A stretch of 47,946 nucleotides of DNA, counting the filler, from Sphacelaria rigidula (taxonomy: Eukaryota), in the NCBI GenBank assembly GCA_964200075.2. It is 2 parts of 2 records of this genome, joined end to end, with 100 filler letters (N's around TTAATTAATTAA, not from the genome) between each part and the next. Parts side by side here need not be neighbours in the genome. Positions count along the whole stretch, not along the records: positions 1 to 23,927 come from CAXNAA020000237.1; positions 24,028 to 47,946 come from CAXNAA020000238.1. One strand, written 5' to 3'. Shown in pieces: positions 15,001-24,302 of the stretch; positions within the stretch are counted from its first letter, which is position 1; the number at the start of each line of letters is the position of its first letter. The notes beneath the pieces are model-generated. The model was not told the DNA's origin. It searched no databases and worked only from the letters and a program-made list of their open reading frames with translations. The position numbers and the translations under genes are program-made.

Positions 15001-15340
15001 TGTCTGGTTAGTGTGATGGTAGGGTAAATTTGAAGGGGGGTTAGGTTCGTAATTCCATGTCTATGTCCGGGCTGTGTTACGGTGGGTTAAATAAAAAGGG
15101 GGTTAGCTTTTCATTTCATATCTATGTCTGGGCTGTATTATGTTAGTGTGAAGAAAAAGTAGGGTTAGCTTTTTCATGTCATGTCTATGTCCGGGCTGTG
15201 TTATAATAGGTTAAATAAAAAGGAGGGTTAGCTTCTCTACTTCATTTCTATGGCTGGGCTGTGTCATCATAGGTAGAAGAGAAAGGAGGGTTATCTTCTC
15301 TATTCATGTCTGTATCCGTGCTGTGTTATGGGGGGTTGAA
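1..15340. repeat. Satellite DNA array, ~62-bp monomer (60-64 bp), ~245 copies, continues beyond the left edge
   Basis: Recurring unit, consensus ~ CATGTCTATGTCCRGGCTGTGTTATGGTAGGTTGAAGAAAAAGGGRGGGTTAGCTTWTCCATTT. Unit starts counted at 397, 460, 520, 583, 645, 709, 771, 833 (7 units = 436 bp) and at 7379, 7442, 7504, 7567. + strand is strongly G/T-rich. ORFs in this region are by-products of the periodicity. Confidence 0.97.
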
Positions 15341-15874
15341 AACAAAAACAAACAAAAATATGGAAAAGGGAGAAATGTAGAGAAAGAAAAGAAGGAAAAT
15401 ACTAGGAAGGAAAGAAAAACAGAATGGCTAAGGAAAAATAAGTTCTCCGGAGTAGTAAACTTAGGGGGAAAATACCATCTACGGTATATCATGTCTGTAT
15501 CTATTTTGTGTGTTTCTGGGGGGAAACTATTGGGTTGTTTATTTTTTCAGTTTTGTGTCCGTCGGTCCTGGACTTTCGTTTTCTAGTGGCGGTCCTATAA
15601 ATGCCACCATAGATTGACAGGTAGAGTGACGTCAGATGGCCGTCCAGAACCGTTGTTCTGGCCGGGGTTACACAGATAGAGTCAGAACCGTTCCTGGAAT
15701 TGCTCGGAGGAATACCTCGGAGGGAAACCCCGGAAGGAACATTCCTCGGATGAACGCGGGGCATCTTTGCTACGCAATTCAGCCCAGCTGGCTCGCCCAC
15801 ACACGACACAACCCGGTGTGTACTCCGCACCAAACTGCTGAAGAAGAGACCAACGTCTTGTAGAACCTATCAAG

Positions 15875-17955
15875 GTGCTTATCTCTTCCATAGTGGCGTC
15901 AATTGATCAACACGCAAGCGTTGGTGATCGTGGAGTGCGGCCTGCAATTGCTTGGCCGCCTCATGAAAAAAAAAAGAACCGTAAGGCATCCCCGGAGGCC
16001 GAGGCGACGACTGTTGCAGCAATCGCCGACGATGACTATCAAGTAGACTTCGAACCGGAGTCCGACTCTGCTTCTGAGGCAGACGTTAGCCGCCGTGCCG
16101 CTAACAATAACGACAACGAGAAGGATGATGGCAACCGTGACGCCAGCGATGACGACCGTGTCGTCAACTTCGCAACCGAATCCGCGGCTGATGGAGCCGC
16201 CTCTGATGGAACAGCTGCTGGTAGAGACAGCACTGGCAGTAGGGTCAGCGTGCCCGTAGCACGCCACGAGGATGCTCTTGCACCCCTCGAACCCGGAGAC
16301 CTCGTGTGGATCCTGTGGGAGGAGGGGACTCAGGCGCGAATCCTGGTCCTCCGGGAGGGTCGTCAACCCGAGTCCTTCAGTGCCAGTTCTGCAGTATATG
16401 GCGCTGTAGCCGGCACCACAACAGCGGAAGCGTTTCAACACCTAAGTGAAAAGGGTAACATTTCCGCACAAGACGAGAACATCGTAGTTTCACCGCGCAA
16501 ATAGTTTCCGCCGCTGCCCTCGGCATCGTCGCCGAGCGAACCAGCCATTCCGTTTGCGCCTACTATTAGTGGCGCACCACCCGCGTCGTTGGTGGCCCCA
16601 CCTAGTTGCGCGCCCATACTACCCGCAGCTGCCCGTGCAGTCCCGGCTCTTACGTCAACACCGTACGTTGCCGTAGCCCCCACACTAAGCAGTGGAGTAG
16701 CGGTCACTTGGACTCCGTCAGTTGAAACAGCAATTTCCACCGTTGCAAATGTGCCAGCCAACGCCGTTAGCGTTACACCCGCGCCTGCTTGTTCTTACCT
16801 ATGCACTGCTGCCAGCGTTTCCGTTACCGCAGCTGACCTGCGTAGTCTCACTCGTTTGACTAGTGATAACTCTCAAGACGTACTTGAAACCTTGAAACAT
16901 TTTCGTGTGATTGTTGGGTTGAAGGCAGCAGCTGTCTCGTCGGACCCTGTTTTTGCCGATAGCCTTGCTCTCAAGCACGTTGCACTTGTAGAATCAGGAG
17001 AGGATTTGACTCTCATTCAACAGATCATCTCAGGGCAGATCAACTGCGCAAATGCCGCAGACACACCTGATCCCGAAACCCCAGGGTCCCACCTCCCCCC
17101 CCGTACGTGGAAAGAGATGGTGAACACACTTTGTACTTCCTTCTCTCCGCAAACTCGATTGAAGAAGGCCCAACCCAAATCGCCGCCATCAACCAAGGGA
17201 CCAACGAGTCCGTAGCCTCGTATGCCCTCCGTTATCGTAACATACTGTCTCCTCTCATGGCAGCCGTAGAGCGGGCAGAAGGGAGTCGTACTCCGTGGAA
17301 TTGCATGACAGTAGAGCTCTGGCAAATCGGTCTCACCCCGACTCTCCGTCTCATGCAACTTGAAATAAGGCACCCGTATCGTTGCGGGAGGCCGAAGAAC
17401 GTGGTCGCCGTAGCGAAGCCGTCGATTCCGTCAATTCCAATGGGATCACTGTCAGTGCACTAAGTGGTTCCTCCGCTGTACCTCATCGTCCGTCTCGTCA
17501 ACCCGTGTCACAGGCGCAAGCTGCAACGCAGCAAGCGACCGCTCGCGCTGCCGCCAATCGCCCATCCTCACGTATCTTGATCGCGTCCGCAGCGACCAGG
17601 GGCAACAGCAACCCCAACACGCGCGCTGCTGGGGGCAGCCGCAACAGCAACGCCAACGCCCGTGGCGGGGAAAACAGGAACAACTCCCATGACCGCTCGT
17701 TGGGAGGTAGCAACCGCAACCGCAACGGCGCTCGTTCGTCGCGCGCTCGATATAGTCACCGCCTCGACCCCGACCGCGCGGGTTGCACTCATGAAAATGA
17801 CTTATATAAAGTGCGAATCGCGGGATTCACACGACCTCGACCACTGCTGGCGCAGGGAGGACGATGAGATTGACGCTGCAGAGATCGCCGCCGGGATCGC
17901 ACTGTCCAAGCGCCGCCGTCGGCGCACCCGGCGGGAGGATTCCGGCTCCGAGTAG
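15875..17955 (+). pseudogene. gag: gag-like region (fragmented)
   Basis: ORF pieces 15875-16504 and 16589-17215 share a frame across one TAG. Frameshifted pieces follow: 17107-17463 (AAINQGTNESVASYALRYRNIL, capsid/retrotrans_gag-like Q-x3-ESV-x2-Y motif), an N/R/G-rich linker, and a C-terminal KCESRDSHDLDHC partial zinc knuckle with a basic tail ending at TAG 17953-17955. May start at ATG 15636. Confidence 0.7.
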
Positions 17956-18489
17956 GGGTGCCCAGGTGTTGTGCCCGTAGCATCTGGGATAAAACCTACC
18001 AGTACCGTGTCGCTTGGTAGGAAGGGCGTTAAACGACCCCGTAGTCGTTTGGCGTCACTTGCAAATTCGTTGCCTGCGAGTCGTGAGTCGCATAGCATTC
18101 CGCGTAGCCAGCATGACTGTAGAGATTCGGTAGATAAGAGTCAGTCATTGCCTGCTCTAACACGTCTTGGTGTTAGGGTAAAGTCTCCCGTGAGCTTTCC
18201 CGCTAGAAGAATAGAGTGCCCCGTTGGCGCAGCCATTTCCCCCCTGGAAAGTAGCGAGTCTATTGGTGTTCGAAGTGTCCGAAAACCAAAAGCCAGCAGA
18301 GAGGTTCAGGTGGAACCGGCATCGAATCGTAGTTCGAGCGGCCGTAAGAAGAGGAAAATTGAACATCATGGCGGAATTAATGAGAATACACGTGTTTCTC
18401 GTTATCTTTCTTCGCTGTCGCGGAAGAAGTCTTCGCTGTTTTTTTCTTGTTTGTCCAAGCGTGTTCGTACGCCTAGATATATTAATGAT

Positions 18490-18815
18490 CACTTCGTTCC
18501 GGAGTTGACCATTGATACTGCAAGTGATGTCACGTGCGTTTCACTTTCGTACTTGAAACGACATCACACCTTATCGTTTGCTCAACTCGAGCCCGTACCA
18601 CCCTCTCACATGAAGTTAAATGCCGCGAATGGAGCGCCACTTCAAGTGTTGGGTTATCTTTCGTTAATCGTTCGTTTGGGAGACGTCTCCCGCCGTATTG
18701 ATGCCTTGGTGATCCCTTCCCTCGGCCCTGATCAAATCTTGCTTGACAATGACGTAATGTCTCGTTTCGGTGCAGAACTTGATTGGAAGAACGAACAACT
18801 GACTTTTGCATCGAA
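18490..18815 (+). pseudogene. Retropepsin-type aspartic protease domain
   Basis: LTIDTASDVTCVS (D-T-A variant of DTG at 18514-18522), LNAANGAPLQVLG flap, and ILLDND in place of ILGxD. Confidence 0.85.
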
Positions 18816-19469
18816 TGATACCGTTCTCCCGGCGTTACATCGTGAAGTACCACGCGCCAGCAGCACGCCTTCATCCACGTTCACCGTTGCTGCTGTGCAC
18901 AAAAAAGCACGTGAGCATTCGATCACCCTGCATCGACGTTATAACATTCCCCGCAGGCATAACGCAATCGTAGAAGCGTACTCGGAGGCCATACCGTTAC
19001 ATGATACTACCGTTGTAGTTGAACCTCGTTTGTTGACAACTGAAGAAATCAAATCCGGTGACTTTCCCATCGAATTTGAACGTGTACTCGTCGCGCGTAC
19101 TCTGACTACTTGACATGCTCGGGATGGCGTAGTATATTTACAAGTTGCCAATCCGTCGTCGGAGTCTCTCGCATTACATGAGAACCTAGTCCTTGGAAAA
19201 CTGTCTCCAGTTGAGATCGTACAACCTGACAAACTTCGCGTGCATGCCGTTGCAGCGACTCCCAAAACCGTAGGTGAAATCGCTCATGCACGCCGAGAAC
19301 TCACAGAACCGTTAGAGAAAGCTTTCGCTGACTCCACCTTTTCCCCTGAGCATCAAGCTCGAGTGTTGGATTTGTGTGCAAAATACCGTCCTGTGTTTTC
19401 GTTGAACCGAAGTGAACTCGGAAAATGCACCACCCATGACGCAATGTTTCCCTTACCGCCCAACACTAA

Positions 19470-20100
19470 ACCTGTGAGCCGCCGACCGTACCGTGCCACC
19501 CCTCGCGCCGAAGCCGTTAATGATAAGTGCGTGAAGGATATGCTTACTGACGGGATCATTGAATAACTACCTAGCCCGTGGGGTTCCCCCGTCACGATTG
19601 TCGCTCGTAAAGATGGTCAACCTCGTTTCTGCGTCGACTACCGTACTACGTTGAACAAGCTGCTGATTCGCAAGACGCGGCCGATGGCGAACATGGAGTC
19701 CAACCTCGACACCGTCGGCAGCGCACAATTCATCTCCGTTGCCGACATACAGAGCGCGTACTGGCAGCTTCCAGTAAGGTCAGACCACGTAGAGCGTACG
19801 GCGTTTGTTACCAACCAAGGCAAATACTGTCATAAGAGAATGCCGTTTGGGGTGTGTAATGCGCCATGGATTTTCACTGAGATGGCCCATAAAACGTGAG
19901 GCTACATTCCCGAATTGTTGATTTACATGGATGCTCTCTGTGTCTTGTCGGCGAATTTCGAGAATCATTTGAAGTCTTTGGAGAGCATGTTCGTAGCTCT
20001 GTAGACAGCTGGACTGACATTGCAACCGTCGAAGGTCGCGTTTGGTCCTAAATCGATTGGATATCTTGGGCACGTAATTTCCAAAGACGGCGTTTCTGTT
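19470..20100 (+). pseudogene. Reverse transcriptase domain; catalytic YxDD reads YMDA
   Basis: RRPYR, SPWGSPVTIVARKDGQPRFCVDYR.TLNK, DIQSAYWQL, TAFVTNQGKY..RMPFGVCNAP, YMDA (19924-19935), YLGHVIS. Confidence 0.95.
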
Positions 20101-20364
20101 GGGGTGGATCGGATTGAAGCTATCAACGCACTTCCGACACCCACCTGCATCAAAGAACTTCGCTCAGTGCTTGGGGTCGTTAATTTTGTGCGCCGTTTTA
20201 TTCCTGAATACGCCGAAGTTACTGCACCCTTGGTGGAACTCACAAAAAAAGAGTATGCCACAAACTCTCGTTTCAAAAAGGCTTGGAATGTCAACCACGA
20301 TGTGGCATTTGCGCACATCAAGCGTCTGTTGGTTTCAGCCCCCGTTTTACATTTCCCGGATTTT

Positions 20365-20740
20365 TCCAGAGAGTTTGTCGTCCACGTTGATTCGTCTGAA
20401 GTCGGATGTGGTGCTTTCCTTGCCCAACCGTCTGAGGATGATGACAATACCCTAGACATCATTGCTTACTATAGCCACCGTTTCAAACATGGGCAACGAC
20501 ACTATTCAGCGTCGATCAAGGAGTGTTGTGGAGTAGTGCATGCCTTAGCGCACTGTAGACCCTATCTTTTGGACGGCATTTCACCGTGATGACTGACCAC
20601 TGCGCACTCACGCATTTGTACTACATGCAATATACTAGCAACATGCTCACTCGTTAAGCTATTGATCTCCAAAATTACGACTTTACTGTATAGAATATAC
20701 CCGGGAAACTGAACGTAGTCCCCGATGCACTATCTCGTTT
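20365..20740 (+). pseudogene. Ty3-type RNase H domain
   Basis: FVVHVDSSEVGCGAFLAQ, RHYSASIKECCGVVHAL, then after a frameshift FTVMTDHCAL and PGKLNVVPDALSR. Confidence 0.92.
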
Positions 20741-21129
20741 GTTCGGCGAAATTGGAACTGAACCAGTGGCACACCAACCGGCATTAGCGTCTACCTGCCG
20801 TAATGTGCCGAGTGATCGTCCGTACTTTTCACCAGAGCCGCGTGACTACGAAATTTCCGCCGACTCGTTAAACGAGATTGACATAGTGCAAAACGACACA
20901 GAATTGTTTTCTAGTGCCGTTTCGTTATTCCCTGTGCTCGATCCTGCCCAACTCCAGGAAGAACAGCACAAAGAGTGTAGTGCGTATCTAAACTACGTAC
21001 GCGAGCCTGACATAGAAGTGCTCCCACAGGGTGAAAGCAAAGGTTCCATGAGCAAGTATTTCTTAAACGAAGACGTGTTTTTCCGTTCGTATTTGCCTGG
21101 TTATCTGCGCAAGAACCAAGCTTTCCGTG

Positions 21130-22210
21130 ATCAGCTAGTCGTTCCCACCACCCTCCGTGATTTGATTTTACATGAGTGCCATGATGCCCTCGCGTCGGGT
21201 GGACACCTCGAATTCAAAGCAACGTATGATAGACTCAGAGATCGTTTCTGGTGGCCATCCATGTCAAAAGATGTTGCCACGCACATCAAATGCTGTCTGC
21301 CATGCCAACACCGTAAACCTTTTTGCCGTACACCACCGTTACCAGTAGGACATAGACCGGTGACTCGTTCGTTTCAGTGTGTCGCAATCGATATAGTGGA
21401 GTTCAAATCTACTTCGCAAGGATGTAAATACGTCATGTCCGTGATCGATCACCTAACCCCTTTGTTTTCCTCGTATTAGTGCTCGTGCCCAATAAAGAAG
21501 CGACCACGATGGCCCAAGCTCTCGTAGAGCGTGTTTTTTCCGTGTTTTCTCCCCCTGAAACCTTACTCAGCGATCAGGGTACCGAGTTTGAACACGAGTT
21601 GGTAAAAGAATTGCAATCCGTACTTGGGTTCAAGAAGACTCGTACGTCTGCGTATCGTCCCCAAGGTAATTCCGTTTTGGAGCGTTTGCATAGCACGATG
21701 CATAACATGCTCGCCATGTACTCGAATGTCAAGTTTGACAATTGGGCAGAACTCCTACCGTTTGTACAGCTCGTACATAATACCGCGTACAACCAAACTC
21801 TCGAGGAAACCCCTCACTACCTAATGTTTGGTCGCCGAACACTGCTTCCCGTGGATGTAATTCTTGGTATTCCATCTGGTACAGAATCGTCTAAGTTAGA
21901 TTACTCTCGTCGTACCGTGGATAATTTGCAGCTAGCGTATGAGATCGCTCGTCGTAATCTGAAAAAGAGGACCGACAAACAAGCCGAATTCAATGAGCAA
22001 CTAACTTTTCCGCAGTTCAAACCTGGTGAGCAAGTGCTCGTGCACCGACCAGCTACCGTAACTGATGACCCCAATCCCAAACTAATAAGTCCCTGGCATG
22101 GGCCTTTCACCGTTCGTTCTCAATTCTCGCCCGTGATCCACCGAGTGAGAAGAGATGGTGAACTCGCGGAAACATCCGTTCATTTGGCGCGTATAAAAAA
22201 GTACTTTGTG
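21130..22210 (+). pseudogene. Integrase (H2C2 zinc-binding, DDE core, GPY/F module)
   Basis: HECHDALASGGH...RDRFWWPSM...CLPCQ; VAIDIV, VIDHLT, LLSDQGTEF, YRPQGNSVLERLH, TPHYLMFGR; PWHGPFTV at 22091-22114. Confidence 0.95.
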
Positions 22211-22321
22211 TTGCGCCCGAATGATGTTCCTGATTTCACTGAACGTGATGAGATGGTTTTAGGAACGAAACTTCCGATCACAGATCTTGATGGCTCCGTG
22301 CTAGCTGTCAAAATTGGTCCG

Positions 22322-22489
22322 TATACCATTGAAGGCATCGATAGTTTCGAACGTGGCGCGGGAAAACCGTCGTCTAAGAACTTGCAATATTATTTCCTCG
22401 TTAAAGACCGATCTCACGGTCACGGTATCTGGAAGCACCGCAAAGATGTCCCTCAGTGTCACAAGATGATCTGTTCGTATCGTGCGTAA
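22322..22489 (+). other. Chromodomain-like integrase C-terminal extension
   Basis: YTIEGIDSF...LQYYFLVKDRSHGHGIWKHRKDVPQCHKMICSY resembles the chromo pattern Y-VE-IL...Y-L-VKW-G-...-TWE...L...I..Y. It sits at the position typical of chromoviruses but is divergent. Confidence 0.5.
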
Positions 22490-22584
22490 ATTTTACGAGA
22501 AAACCCGCGCGCTTTTGATCTCCTCTAACAAGTAGCAACGTTGCTATGTCTTACTTGTCTCACTGATGATTTTGTTTTTGTTCT

Positions 22585-22690
22585 GTTTAGATTCGTTTTG
22601 TCTTCACTATTTTACCGTTAATCCGCGTATTTGTTCCGTTTAGATTCGTTTTGTCTTCACTGTATTGCCATTAATCCGCGTGTTTGTTTC
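22585..22690 (+). repeat. Two-copy 53-bp tandem duplication in the retroelement 3' UTR
   Basis: GTTTAGATTCGTTTTGTCTTCACT...TTAATCCGCGT starts at 22585 and at 22638. Confidence 0.85.
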
Positions 22691-23052
22691 CAGCGACACC
22701 CCGTTGTAGCCCGTCATCCCCCGAATCTTTTCGCAGCCTGGCCAGGCATCGCTCCATTCGGTGGATCTACCCGTGCTCGTGAGCGTGGGAAACGTCAGAC
22801 GGAAGGCTACCGCCGCAGACATCGTTGTCTGCACGTGAAGTAATATTCCACGGCGGGGGTAGAAACGTTTTGATGTCAGTTTCGTTTTCATTGTTTCATT
22901 TTCCGTGTGGTTACGCATTTCGTTGATTTGTTCTTCATTCACCAACCGTGATGATATGAATTGAGTTTTCAAATACCGAATTCGTTTGTGAAGGCCGAGT
23001 TATGCTTGACAAGTACCGCCAGCAGGAACGTACCCGTTTGGTCGCAAATGCT

Positions 23053-23064
23053 GGGGGGTACAGG
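23053..23064 (+). promoter_or_regulatory. Putative polypurine tract (plus-strand primer site)
   Basis: GGGGGGTACAGG immediately upstream of TGAAAA, ~540 bp after the end of pol. Confidence 0.5.
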
Positions 23065-23852
23065 TGAAAAGTTGGCGGGTTACTCAAGTCCGCGATCCAC
23101 TATATGTAAGTACACCGAGTGATCCGCTTAGTCAGCCTTCTGTGGTCCTTGAGAAACGAGCGCGTCGTATGGGGTCCTCAGAATTCGCGGCATGTATGAT
23201 GAAGGTGTTGTTTTTCACGCTCTGGCTAATGAGAGTGATCGGTGGGGGGTTGTGGTCTTCGCGTGAACTACAAAACCACCAAAACAATACTGGATATTGT
23301 CTTGTTGTGGCTGGCATGCACTTCTAAATTTGTTGAGCATGTCCGCTCGTTTTAGCGGAAGACTCCGTAGTCTCTCCGCCAGCATCCGTGGAGCCGTACC
23401 ACCCATTGATGCCGTAGCAGTGGTTAGCAGTCTGTTGGTGTGAGAGGGAAGCACAACAGTTGCTCGTATCATGGCCGCTGCTCGAGGCTGAATTGCCTCA
23501 ACAGTACTTAGGTTACTAATGTTCCACACTGCCGTAAGCACATCGTTTTATACATGCACACCAGTCTGTTCTGACTACGAGTTGTGAGGGCTGAGTCCCA
23601 CCATCGTGGGGTACCTTCGGTGCAGTTGCATGCTTCGTTTGTGCATTTCCTAGCATTCTTTTCCGTTTGGCACCCGCACGTGTGTGTTGATCCTAAGCCT
23701 TGCAAGCACCACCGTTCCACACACGGACAATATGATGATATGCTGGAAGTTCGTCTATCGTGCACACGTTTCGTATTTTCCCGTTTCGGGAGGACATATT
23801 CGTTTTGGCATCTCGTTCCAGAGATGCTTTCTTTTGTGTCCAATCGTTTTCA
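23065..23852 (+). mobile_element. Probable 3' LTR (~788 bp)
   Basis: Starts TGAAAA right after the G-tract and ends TTTTCA (6-bp terminal inverted repeat, TG...CA). Only weak similarity of its last ~80 bp to 15500-15585; no full partner LTR in the window. Confidence 0.5.
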
Positions 23853-23927
23853 GGTTCATGCACCACATAACAGCCGATTCTATATTTTGGGGTTCAAACA
23901 AAATATGGGGCTGAAGTGGCATATCTG

Positions 23928-24027
23928 NNNNNNNNNNNNNNNNNNNNNNNNNNNNNNNNNNNNNNNNNNNNTTAATTAATTAANNNNNNNNNNNNNNNNN
24001 NNNNNNNNNNNNNNNNNNNNNNNNNNN
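23928..24027. other. Artificial scaffold linker (44 N + TTAATTAATTAA + 44 N)
   Basis: Symmetric 100-bp spacer with stop codons in all six frames at 23972-23983. An assembly artefact, not biological sequence. Confidence 0.97.
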
Positions 24028-24185
24028 GGATAAAAGGTTCCTTCCTGTCCTCTGGGGACAAAAAAAAAAACCCCGAGAAAGGCAGGCAATTCCAAAAACA
24101 CATATCCGATGGGATGATCCCGCATGAAGGACAAACTTCCGCCCCGGGGTAAGAAAAGTCAAGACAAGTACCTCCCAAAAATGAA

Positions 24186-24302
24186 TCAATCACGGCGGCC
24201 TGCAGAGTTCTACTATTTCCGTGAGGAACCATGAAGATAGCTAACTCAACCATGGCGGCTTGCAGAGTTCTTATATTTCCGTGAGGAACCATGAAGATAG
24301 CT
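24186..24302. repeat. Two-copy 60-bp tandem duplication
   Basis: TCAAYCAYGGCGGCYTGCAGAGTTCT...TATTTCCGTGAGGAACCATGAAGATAGCT at 24186 and 24246. Confidence 0.85.

Larger units (their letters stand above)
17956..22528 (+). pseudogene. pol: pol polyprotein (PR-RT-RH-IN), inactivated
   Basis: One frame from 17956 to ~20570, interrupted by stops at 19111, 19564, 19897 and ~20002. Frameshifts at ~20570 and ~21460, plus further stops in RNase H. The ORF track ends at TAA 22487-22489; the next in-frame stop is at 22526-22528. Confidence 0.93.
15587..23852 (+). mobile_element. Degenerate Ty3/gypsy (Metaviridae) LTR retrotransposon; intact 5' LTR not found
   Basis: Domain order gag-like, protease, RT, RNase H, integrase (gypsy order), then a G-tract and a TG...CA bounded segment. 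Many in-frame stops and frameshifts. The left boundary is approximate. Confidence 0.92.

Noticed and set aside
1..15340. CRISPR-like array (conserved core plus variable segment)
   Set aside because: The variable parts are recurring homologous variants, not unique spacers. No cas genes. Eukaryotic context.
1..15340. Dozens of Cys-rich or MDKLT-type ORFs in the ORF track
   Set aside because: Translations of the satellite, constantly frameshifted by 60-64-bp unit lengths; no splice or domain evidence.
1..15340. Hammerhead-ribozyme-bearing satellite
   Set aside because: No recurring CUGANGA core seen on either strand.
15337..15342. TGAAAA as the start of a 5' LTR
   Set aside because: The following sequence does not match 23065 onward, there is no matching TSD, and the hexamer also fits the satellite monomer.
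15899..20462. Antisense ORFs across gag and pol (e.g. 15899-16441, 19965-20462)
   Set aside because: Shadow frames of the coding strand with no recognisable motifs.
23972..23983. TTAATTAATTAA palindrome as a biological site
   Set aside because: Centred in Ns; an assembly linker.
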